DNA of 22,933 bases from Bdellovibrionota bacterium (GTDB taxonomy: Bacteria; Bdellovibrionota_C; UBA2361; OMIW01): contig JBIJBT010000043.1 of NCBI GenBank assembly GCA_044345055.1, forward strand, positions 1 through 22,933, written 5' to 3'. The notes below the pieces were generated by a model. The model did no database searches. It had not been told where the DNA came from and was given only the letters and a program-made list of their open reading frames with translations. Numbering within the stretch: the stretch's first letter is position 1; each line of letters opens with the position of its first letter. Below, in pieces: positions 9,071 to 18,400 of the stretch. The position numbers and the translations under genes were made by a program.

Positions 9071-9102
9071 GAAGGGGATGGGCGGAGACGCTCATCCTAT
9101 TC
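9071..9102 (+). terminator. GC-rich hairpin with GAGA tetraloop after the methyltransferase gene (possible terminator)
   Basis: GGATGGGCG-GAGA-CGCTCATCC with a G-U pair valid on the + strand, extendable to GAA/TTC. The U-tract is weak. Confidence 0.45.
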
Positions 9103-9160
9103 AATTCCTCATTAAAGCTCTTAAATTTTTGGAGCAATTCCGCAAAAAACGCCGGTGCGA

Positions 9161-9192
9161 GTTGATAAAATAATAATCATTATTTTATCAAC
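9161..9192. other. Perfect 14-bp AT-rich inverted repeat between convergent genes
   Basis: GTTGATAAAATAAT-AATC-ATTATTTTATCAAC, 6 nt beyond the GT4 stop codon. Confidence 0.75.
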
Positions 9193-9198
9193 CAACCA

Positions 9199-10464
9199 TT
9201 AGCTACCTCTAAAAAGGGATTGCGCGAATTTAGTAGCGCCTAATCCCCGCAATCGCTGCATGAACCGAAAAGATCTCGAATTGAGAATGAGTTCGAGCGT
9301 AGCCGAAGTTGAACGAAAATTTTCGGACTCTCTTTTTGCTGCCTCAAATTGTGGAGCGATGGTATGAAGAGAACTCTGCACCCCGAGATGTCCATCGTAC
9401 CATCCAGAAAAAACTTCGCTCTTTGCTCTCAGTGATTCTTGGGTTTCACACGCCAGAGGGGCGTTTTTAATTATACCGTCCCGAAAATTTTTTGATGCCT
9501 CGGACCAATCAGGCCATGATGCAGCCGTTTTAAGTGCGTTAGATTTAAGTTGGCGTAACTTCTCCGGATATCTCTTAAAGTCATTTATCGCTGCTATAAC
9601 TCCCTCTTCGTCATCTTTGGGGAGAACGATAGCATTAACGCCTTCTACTATATATTCTTCGTGCCCGGTGACTTGGTAGACAACGGCGGTACCACCGCAA
9701 TGAAACATTTCTAATGGGGGTCCAAACATTCCCTCGACATGACTCAATTTTACGATGACATCGCACGAGCGATACACAGAAGCAACCTCTGCTATTGGAA
9801 TACAGGAGAAAGTACGATCGATTCCGGGATAGTTCGTACAATCGCTAGAAGAGGTCAAAAGCCATATTTCATCGGCATGAGACTTCTTACACAACTCTAT
9901 TGTTCTTTCAACATTCTTAAAAAACACTCGGAGCGGACCCTCTACGAGAACTCGCAGACGATTAGGGTCTCGAGGCGCAACTGTCTCCCCTTCCGGTCGA
10001 TAAATATCTTTGCGAATACCGTTTATAGCCATATGAACCGAACTACCGAATCGGGAGGTGAGATACTCTTTAATCCAACTCGCCTCGGTGATTACGGGTA
10101 GTTGCATCGTGTAGGTAGCTTCTGCGTACCACCTAGCGGCCAAATCCCAATCTTCAAAAAATCTCGATTCGATCGACTGAACAAAATATTGATAGGAACG
10201 TGCCTTAATAAGATGAAGCCGATAAGCCGTTCTCCACCATGTAGCAATAGCCACATCAAATACCTCATCTACAACCTCAGCGTGAGTCCTATAACGAAGC
10301 TCTGCATGGGCCTCAGGATGCCACAAAGTTTGTCCGGATGGGATTGGATCTAACGTAACAATCGTCACATCCCAACCACTTCGCGCTAAGAAAAGCGCAT
10401 GTTGAAATATAACGTAGGTTCCACCTCCTACATGCGCGGACCCGAGTAAAAAAGCGATTTTCAT
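9199..10464 (-). CDS. GT-B glycosyltransferase, GT4-like (WsaF-like)
   Basis: MKIAFLL...GGGTYVIFQHA start, DVAIATWWRTAY, YFVQSIESRFF, and the GT4 acceptor/nucleotide motif EGMFGPPLEMFHCG (ExFGxPxLE). SD-like AAGGA/GAGGA upstream. Confidence 0.88.
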   Translation of the reverse strand: MKIAFLLGSAHVGGGTYVIFQHALFLARSGWDVTIVTLDPIPSGQTLWHPEAHAELRYRTHAEVVDEVFDVAIATWWRTAYRLHLIKARSYQYFVQSIESRFFEDWDLAARWYAEATYTMQLPVITEASWIKEYLTSRFGSSVHMAINGIRKDIYRPEGETVAPRDPNRLRVLVEGPLRVFFKNVERTIELCKKSHADEIWLLTSSSDCTNYPGIDRTFSCIPIAEVASVYRSCDVIVKLSHVEGMFGPPLEMFHCGGTAVVYQVTGHEEYIVEGVNAIVLPKDDEEGVIAAINDFKRYPEKLRQLKSNALKTAASWPDWSEASKNFRDGIIKNAPLACETQESLRAKSEVFSGWYDGHLGVQSSLHTIAPQFEAAKRESENFRSTSATLELILNSRSFRFMQRLRGLGATKFAQSLFRGS

Positions 10465-10483
10465 TCCTCTTATTCCTTAAGAT

Positions 10484-12541
10484 CTATGAATTAAAGACCC
10501 TTTTCATCTTAGCGTATGAGTACCAGGGTTGCAGCCACTCTAATCCGTGTCGAGTGAGAGAGAGCGCGGGCCAAAGGGAGGAATCTCGTATTGCCTTCGG
10601 GTCTTTGACGTACCGCATGGCGTTCAATATCCTTTGTCGTAAAGGCAATGATTCCGGGATGAAAAAAGATGTATTATTGAATAATCCAAAATTCTCGGTG
10701 TGCTCAAGCGAAGAAATGAGCTGCAACTCTTCGCGAGAAGGACTAAGGACCATACGAGCATGGCGACGGGCGAATGATTCAAGATGCTCATCTTCATCCA
10801 GATGAGAAAAAGCCGATATCGAAAGCAGCTCGTCAAAGGCCTTTTTAATCGATTCTTGACATGTAGAAATTTGTTCACATATTTGGGGAGGTTTTTCTGG
10901 TCTGCCGAAATGAGGCGAAATAGTATCGCCCTCCCTTTTATATCGTTCAACTCCCTCATGAACAGCAGAGAGAAGTATCTCGAAAAGCGCACATGTCTCA
11001 GCAAAGATCTCAGAAAATGGGGAAGAGGACGGTACGTGATAAAATAATAGCCCCTCTTTGCGGTTTATAGGAGAGGACGCTCCTGATGCCACCAGACCAA
11101 GGTAGAGGCCGCTCAAGAGGATTTCATCCGGAAGCAATGCCCGTATATTGTCCTGGATAGTCCCCTTCCATCCGATATCTACTAAAGCTATATGTTTGGG
11201 TAAGCTTTGATTTGGGTAAAACCCGGCTATATAGGAAAGCAGATAATCACGTTGGGTCACTCGGTACAGCTCATATCGCTGCTGAAAAAATTCCAAATTT
11301 TCAAGCTTAGAAAAAAGGTTCGATGAAGGAAAATCGTCCTCGATTTTTTCGGCATCAATCTCTAGTTCGGTAGCGATTGCGATAATATCACTCTCGGTAA
11401 ATTGCAAATTGAAAAGAAATGTTCTCAAAGAGAGCTTCCGATATTGCCGAAAGAGTCTCTCAAAAGATTCACACTCGAGCGACTTTAAAGAGGGAAGGAA
11501 AGACGACAATCGTGAAGTGTAAAAATAGTGGGTTCTTATACGGCCCGATACGCCCAAATGAGTCTGATAGGAATCAAACAGCTCTTTGAGAATTAATCCT
11601 TCTCGCGAGCAAAATAAAAGATCTTTAAGTCCTAGTTGAGTGGCACGACGATACAGAACGCGGACAAAAAAAGAGACCGAGAGCGGAAGTTCACCAAAAA
11701 CTGAGGAGCGTATCCAGGAATTACCTTTAATAACTTGTCCAAGCAAATGAGCTGCTGTTGAGTCGTTTAAACGCTTTTCTGATGATAAATCACGGTGCAC
11801 ATGAATTCCACGAATAGCGTGCCTCGCCGAATTCTCAACATCTGAAACGTAATTATCACCCAACATTATGGCACTGCTTGGAGATATACCTAACGTTTCC
11901 ATTACCAGGGGATAAATCCGTCCGCTCCGTTTGGCTAACAACCTGTCCGAAGAAAGGAAAAAACCCGCAATTAACCGATCAAGTGAATGATGACGGATAA
12001 GTTCCGAAAATTGTCGCGGAGATAAGAACGAATCAGATACGACGTAAACCGGGATATTTTCTCTCTTTCTAGATTGGAGAAAATCAATGACTGCGGGATA
12101 TGTAAATTGAGTCCTTTTCTCTATCTCAATCTCTACCGACTCAGATAGATGGGTAAATTCGGCTAATGTAAGATGTTCGCTTATTCCAGAAAGCCTTTGC
12201 AGGGAAGCAAAAATCTCCCGACACAGATCTACGTATCGGAATTCATCATCAAAACCATTCAGGGCGTTTACATTGCAGAGAGCAGCCTCTGACATAACCC
12301 GCAGCTCATGAATTCGTGAAGCCCAAGTCGTGATACCTGCAGCGTGGCGAATCCGCTTCGCCCATAAATTCTTTACGTACTCTGGCTCAACTCTCCTCCC
12401 GACAATAGTGTCAAAGAAGTCGATAAAAACGACCTCAACGGGACCGGATGAACGAATGAGGCTCTGGAAAGAGGATTCTAGTGAAGAGGAATACTCGCTC
12501 TCCGTCGCCTTGTTCCGCAATAGTGGCTCGGTGTTGTTCAT
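10484..12541 (-). CDS. HAD phosphatase + phosphoribosyltransferase-like fusion; probable dual-domain ribofuranosyltransferase
   Basis: N-terminal HAD motifs FIDFFDT, VVSD, K(RSG) and LGDNYVSDV. C-terminal domain with FCSREG, YTSRLS and the PRPP-loop-like LVDIGWKGTIQ...GLYLG. Located within a glycan cluster. Confidence 0.78.
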   Translation of the reverse strand: MNNTEPLLRNKATESEYSSSLESSFQSLIRSSGPVEVVFIDFFDTIVGRRVEPEYVKNLWAKRIRHAAGITTWASRIHELRVMSEAALCNVNALNGFDDEFRYVDLCREIFASLQRLSGISEHLTLAEFTHLSESVEIEIEKRTQFTYPAVIDFLQSRKRENIPVYVVSDSFLSPRQFSELIRHHSLDRLIAGFFLSSDRLLAKRSGRIYPLVMETLGISPSSAIMLGDNYVSDVENSARHAIRGIHVHRDLSSEKRLNDSTAAHLLGQVIKGNSWIRSSVFGELPLSVSFFVRVLYRRATQLGLKDLLFCSREGLILKELFDSYQTHLGVSGRIRTHYFYTSRLSSFLPSLKSLECESFERLFRQYRKLSLRTFLFNLQFTESDIIAIATELEIDAEKIEDDFPSSNLFSKLENLEFFQQRYELYRVTQRDYLLSYIAGFYPNQSLPKHIALVDIGWKGTIQDNIRALLPDEILLSGLYLGLVASGASSPINRKEGLLFYHVPSSSPFSEIFAETCALFEILLSAVHEGVERYKREGDTISPHFGRPEKPPQICEQISTCQESIKKAFDELLSISAFSHLDEDEHLESFARRHARMVLSPSREELQLISSLEHTENFGLFNNTSFFIPESLPLRQRILNAMRYVKDPKAIRDSSLWPALSLTRHGLEWLQPWYSYAKMKRVFNS

Positions 12542-12735
12542 CGCTTAAAACAGCCTCATTTTTAAAGTGGTTGGCTGGATGGTATCAGCAACTCGACGGC
12601 ATCATCAAGCTTGGAAAAATTCCCCTCTATGCTTTGACGGACTGCGAATCGCCCGCATTCCGTGCATACCGATTTGTTAGGAATGGTCGGTTCCAAAGCT
12701 ACATAAAAAGGCTTACTCTGAGCTTCAACTCCCCC

Positions 12736-12765
12736 TTGAAACACCTCCCCTAATCAGTTTACGCT
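12736..12765 (+). promoter_or_regulatory. Putative sigma70 promoter for the GT2 gene in the divergent intergenic region
   Basis: TTGAAA (12736-12741), 18-nt spacer, TACGCT (12760-12765). Consensus match only. Confidence 0.3.
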
Positions 12766-12817
12766 AGCGATGATCCGGCCTACCACTCCTCCCTATCGAT
12801 TGTTCTCCGAGCTTTTC

Positions 12818-15268
12818 ATGACGACTTCATCTTCGAAAGTAAGTTTCGCACCCCATTCCCCCCACGAACTTCAAATTCAAAAGCTTCTCTCTGAGCTCCG
12901 CTCCGTTGAAGTAGAGCGACAGAATCTTCGAGCTGCTCTTGAGGCGATTCAAAACTCACGTTCTTGGAAATTAACTGCTCCGATTCGCTGGGCTGCGGAG
13001 ACGGTGCGACGGGTTCGGCCGGTTTATCGGAATCGACGGGTGGTGGCGCGGGTTGGAGAGGGGCGGTCAGTGATTCGGGAGGAGGGTCGGTTTGTCGTGT
13101 CGGGACCATCTCCATCTGTATCATTGGACTTTGCGGGGAAATCCCCCGGTGGATGGGTGCAGATCCTATCTGATGCGCGGAGCGATAACGGCGTTTTTTG
13201 CTGTATGCTCTATTTCCGCCAAGGAGAAACGTTTGAAGCGGCGCATCGAGTGTGGGTGACCTTCACAAATGACAATCGGTACCCGATCATCGTGCGGCTT
13301 CCTAGCGACACAAAAGGTATACGACTCGACCCATTCGATGCAGAGGAGTCCTTCTCTATCGATGCTATAACCTTCAGGGAACTCGGCTCGATTAATCTGG
13401 CGGGGTTGGTGGCCCGACGTTACTTTCGAGAAGCGAGAGCAAATCCGCGAGCGTTTTTCTACCGATATCGTCGCGCGGTTGGTATTGTTCGGCGCGATGG
13501 GTTTAGAGGACTTCTTAGCCGTTTATCGTCGAACCGACAATCTCACGATTACGGCGAATGGGTGCAACGATACGATCAGGTAGGAGAAAGTAAGCGCCCT
13601 CAGATTGAGAATAAAACCGCTGAAATAGGGCAAAACCCCCTCATTTCCGTAGTAATGCCTGTCTATAATTCACCAGAACTCCATCTCCGGCAAGCTATCG
13701 ACTCCGTTCTTAATCAGGTGTACCAAAACTGGGAGCTCTGCATCGCTGATGATTGCTCAACCGACCGCGAGGTTAGAAGAGTTCTTGAGGAGTATGAGAG
13801 AAAGGATCCTCGAATCAAGGTCACGTATCGAGATACCAACGGACACATCTCAGAGGCGACCAATACCGCGCTTGCACTTGCAACGGGGGAATGGGTATCT
13901 TTTCTTGATCATGACGATGAGCTCACGATTGATGCGCTCGCAACAGTCGCCGCAACGATCGCCAAGAATCCCGAGGCATCGATTCTTTACAGCGATGAAG
14001 ACAAAAAAACCGCTCATGGAGTTCGGTTTAATCCATATTTTAAGCCCGACTATAATCCGGAACTTCTTCTCTCCCAAAATTATTTTTGTCATCTAACGAC
14101 GTATCGTCGCTCACTGGTGAACGAGATTGGTGGTATGCGTCGGGGCGTTGAAGGTGCGCAAGATTGGGACCTTGCCCTTCGAGCGATCGATGCAATTAAA
14201 GGAAAAGGAATCATTCACATTCCCCACATTCTCTACCATTGGCGAGTTATCGAGGGCTCAACTGCTCAATCAACAAGCTATAAGCCGTATGTTCTTGAGG
14301 CGCAGAAACGTGCTGTCCAGGACCATCTTGCCCGTCGAGGTGAAGATGCGACCGTGAATATTGATCACGATATTCATCAGCTTCAGGTATCTTTTCATAT
14401 TCCCACCCCTCCTCCCCGAATATCTTTGGTGATTCCGACTCGCGACATGGTCAGTGTGTTACATGTTTGCGTCGAGAGTATCTTCGAAAAAACACGTTAC
14501 CCCGCTTTCGATATCGTGATTGTCGATAACGGAAGTGTCGAAGAGGCGACTCTTAGCTATTTTCGCAAGCTCTCGCAGCGCAAAGAGGTTCAGATCATCC
14601 GCGATGAAAGCCCATTTAATTTTTCACGACTAAACAACCTCGCTGTTAGACAAACCTCTACGCCCCTTGTCGGCCTCATAAACAACGATCTAGAAACCAT
14701 AGATGATATGTGGCTCGACCATCTTGTTTCACAAGCGATTCGCCCTGAGATCGGTGCGGTCGGCGCGCGACTCTATTTTCCGAATGACCTTCTTCAACAC
14801 GGCGGTATCATATTGGGAATCGGAGGGGTTGCAGGTCATAGCCACAAGGGACGCCCCCGCCACGATGGCGGATATTTCAATAGGGTATTGCTACCACAAG
14901 CAGTCTCCGGGGTGACAGCAGCATGTTTGATACTTCGACGAACCGTATACGATGAAGTCGGCGGTCTCGATGAAGAGCATCTTCAGGTTGCTTTTAACGA
15001 CGTAGATTTTTGTTTGCGCATTCGGGAGAAGGGATACCGTATCGTGTATCAGCCTTATGCTGAGCTTTATCACCACGAATCAGCATCGCGTGGTTCCGAA
15101 ACAACTCCGGAGAAATTCAATCGGTTCGAACGGGAGGTGAGCTGGATGAAACAACGGTGGGGCGATCAGCTCAAAAACGATTCCTACTATAATCCGAACC
15201 TTACCCTTTTAACTGAGGATTACGGCTTCGCGAGTCCGCCACGTCGACTCAGATTTTGGCAGAAATAG
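12818..15268 (+). CDS. Double-domain GT2 glycosyltransferase (RfbC-like polymerase) with N-terminal coiled coil and beta-sandwich domain
   Basis: GT2 no.1: ISVVMPVYN...IADDCS...FLDHDDEL...YSDEDK...QDWDL. GT2 no.2: ISLVIPTRD...IVDNGS...LINNDLE...VTAACL...FNDVDFCL...HHESASRG. Ends YYNPNL. Start is ATG 12818 or 12770. Confidence 0.92.
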   Translation: MTTSSSKVSFAPHSPHELQIQKLLSELRSVEVERQNLRAALEAIQNSRSWKLTAPIRWAAETVRRVRPVYRNRRVVARVGEGRSVIREEGRFVVSGPSPSVSLDFAGKSPGGWVQILSDARSDNGVFCCMLYFRQGETFEAAHRVWVTFTNDNRYPIIVRLPSDTKGIRLDPFDAEESFSIDAITFRELGSINLAGLVARRYFREARANPRAFFYRYRRAVGIVRRDGFRGLLSRLSSNRQSHDYGEWVQRYDQVGESKRPQIENKTAEIGQNPLISVVMPVYNSPELHLRQAIDSVLNQVYQNWELCIADDCSTDREVRRVLEEYERKDPRIKVTYRDTNGHISEATNTALALATGEWVSFLDHDDELTIDALATVAATIAKNPEASILYSDEDKKTAHGVRFNPYFKPDYNPELLLSQNYFCHLTTYRRSLVNEIGGMRRGVEGAQDWDLALRAIDAIKGKGIIHIPHILYHWRVIEGSTAQSTSYKPYVLEAQKRAVQDHLARRGEDATVNIDHDIHQLQVSFHIPTPPPRISLVIPTRDMVSVLHVCVESIFEKTRYPAFDIVIVDNGSVEEATLSYFRKLSQRKEVQIIRDESPFNFSRLNNLAVRQTSTPLVGLINNDLETIDDMWLDHLVSQAIRPEIGAVGARLYFPNDLLQHGGIILGIGGVAGHSHKGRPRHDGGYFNRVLLPQAVSGVTAACLILRRTVYDEVGGLDEEHLQVAFNDVDFCLRIREKGYRIVYQPYAELYHHESASRGSETTPEKFNRFEREVSWMKQRWGDQLKNDSYYNPNLTLLTEDYGFASPPRRLRFWQK

Positions 15269-15497
15269 GGCGAGTTCTTGTGAGTCGTTCCCCCCCTGAT
15301 TGTGTCTAACGATGCCGATAATTAGGTATTAATTCTAGTGCGGGTTATTTATTCTAGTTCACCCCGCAGTAAAAACATTTTACAATGGAGGGATGGAGAA
15401 ATTTTGCGGGAGGGTGATTACAAAGGAAGAGAGCTCTTCGTGATCTACTCTACTAACCCCAACACCGGTTTAATAAATTAGTGTGAGAGGCTAACGA

Positions 15498-18400
15498 ATG
15501 AAGGTAATAATCAGAATAGCCCTCTCTATAGTGCCATTGTTCGGTGCTCTATTTTTTGCGATCGCTCCTCTACTTGCCCGCGCTGATATATCTTTTTCTC
15601 CAGCTACGACCCTAAATCCGTGCGATGACTATGCGACGCTGGTCCTCGGGGATCCCTGGGATATGTCTAACAAGGAGGATATCGTCAACTTTATTCCCCT
15701 AGATCTTACCTACATCTCAAACCCGGCATTTAACTCAGGAGAGTTTTCTTTCACCACCACGGAGACAAATGGAGGAACCGTCCGTTTCCTCGCACCCCAG
15801 CTGCCTGCAACTCTTCCGCTCGGCGGAAGATGGGGAGCTAATAATCCAATCGATACCCAGAAATATACCCATTTTACCCTCCGCATGGCCACCGAAGCCT
15901 TAGACAGCGGATATGGATTGGCCCTTGTTTGGAACCGTTCCCAAAACTATGGTAAAGAAAACAGTTATACTCAATACACTCCAACAGTTCCGCAAAAATC
16001 AACATATACGATAGATCTTTCATCTATCGCTATCGACTCTTCGCGAAGCGATAACCTCAACCCATGGCAGTCTGGATCGATCGAGGGTTTCGGTATTCTT
16101 CCGACGGTTACCAAACAATCGGTTACCTTTGATTACGCACGACTCGAAGATCCAAACTCATGCGGAATTGGCGCGATTACCTATACGGTAACACCGTCAT
16201 CAGGAGCACTTTTGCACAATCTTTATCTCGACGACGATGGAACGCCATTCAACGGTTACATAAAAAAAATCGTTTCAGGAGGTACGGGTAACGGCTCGCT
16301 GAGTACCACTGTCTCAAGTTTAGGACTTCCACCCGGAAGCTACTACGTCTCTGGATTTCAAACATCCGATTACGCGACCGTTTCAAGAAACGATCCGTGG
16401 GATTTTAACAGTTTAAACGACCTACTTACCACCGCTGGCGCATCGAACAGCTCTATTGCTAACGGAAAATTTGCAGCAGTTGGAAATAATCCCGTACTCT
16501 ATCTAAGATTAAATCCTTCAGAAAATATAAATGCCACGACATTCAACAAACTGAGCTTCAAAATATCTCCGAGAACCGATGTTGTGGTTAGCTATGATAA
16601 CGGCTCAGGAATCACCTCGGTTGCTGCTACCAAAAATGGTGCTGACCCGGACGCAGATGGAATCTATACGCTAGATCTTTCAGGTAAACCAGGCTGGAAT
16701 GGATCTATTAACACCCTTGCTCTCTCGCTTAACTATCCATTAAACACCCCCTTTGAGATCGACTTCGTTGAGCTTAATCAGGGCGACTTTTCGCTGAACG
16801 ATACCCTTCCAATTACATTCTCCCAATCATCTTCACTTAAAGTTTTTGCTCCTCCTCTCATCAAGCTTCAGCAACCAGACCTTAAGGGTGGAATTGGCGT
16901 AAAGCCGTGGAATTACCTTCCAGGCGACGTCGCCTTTTCTGAAAACCTAATCACCACCTCTGATCCTAGTGTTCCGGGTGAACCACTTTCAGCCTACCTT
17001 CCAGATACTAGATTGATCGGGGGTGTACGTGGAAATTTCTATAAGGGTACAAATAGTCCAGGAAACGACGATCCTCACGACTTTCTCTTTTTTCCCTATT
17101 TCACCAGAACAAATAACTACACCGTAGACGCAGATTCCTACCGGTTTATGTGTGTCAAGATGATGATTGATCGTGAATTTGATCTTGGCCTTGGCTCGGT
17201 TGCTCGTCTTTCATTCATCGGTGCAGATGATATAACGCGAGTTACGGAGGAGTGGGGAGTTATCTCGGATAGATGGAGCGGCAACCGCTGGTATGAATTC
17301 TGCGGCGATCTAGCAACTTTTTTCTCTGAAGGTGATGAGGGATTTCATTGGAAGGGGGAGGTAAAAAGCTTGCGGCTAGATCCCCATGAATTTCATCTTG
17401 ATACCTGCTGTACAGCTGCGGGCGCACCGTTTGGATCACCCACGAATGCAACCTATTACCTCGATTATCTAAAATTGCGCCGAATGGACGAATCTCGAGG
17501 GAAATATGCTCTAGTATTTACTAAATCCGATCAGGATTCTCTCACCACATCGACCCGGTTCTTCTACAACTCTATTCGCTCGACAACTGGAGCAACAGAA
17601 ATCCCTTCATCCTCACTCTCGTGTGAGGGGGAAGTTTGCATCTGGGATACTACGGCTGTTCCTGTTGGTACTTATTGGGTCCTTGGTGAGGTGTCAGATG
17701 GGAATCTTTCTACCTCTAGATTATCGACTGGCCAGTTAAAGGTCTCTAATCAAGGTGCTACTCAAACTTCTCCAACACTTATCGTCGAATCACCGCAGCA
17801 AGATCAGGTCGTTTGTAGCACCCTACAAATAAAGGGATACTCTCTCATTCCTGATCGCTATGAGGATGTATCCGCAGTTCAGATTTTTATTGATGGCGTT
17901 CATTTTCGGACGATTTATCCCCAGCTATATCACCCGACAGCGGCATCTCAATTTTCGTTAGCCGATTCGAGTAACGCAGGCTTCGATGAAAATCACGACG
18001 TGTCCTCTCTCTCAACAGGAACCCATACAATAGATGTAAAATCTTACTCTAGTGATGGGGGCATTACTGCGGAATCAAGGAGAATTAATAAGCAGGTTGG
18101 TTGTTCGGATAGTGCTATTCTTGACCCACTTCCAAACGCTCCCGCGCAGCAAATTATTCGAAGAGAAGATTTAGCGCCTGGAGATACGATTGCTCTCGGC
18201 TTAGAGCCTAACTCGAATAATCTACGATTTTTGATCTCAGGCACTCGACACTGCCAAATGGTTCGTATTGGTGTCAGTCTGAAAAGCGGCGGTCCATACA
18301 CATACATATACGCCAATACCAACCCCTCAACGATTGATACCTCTTTTGTAACGGCGCTATCCGAAGGATTGCCCCGTTATACCGCGACAATAGTATCGTC

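Noticed and set aside
12562..12744. 60-aa (-) and overlapping 90-aa (+) ORFs in the divergent gap
   Set aside because: No recognisable motifs; the region is needed for two divergent promoters. A small protein cannot be fully excluded.
12816..13124. 102-aa Pro/Ser-rich ORF on - and other short nested ORFs in the track
   Set aside because: Wholly overlapping well-supported long CDSs, with no family motifs.
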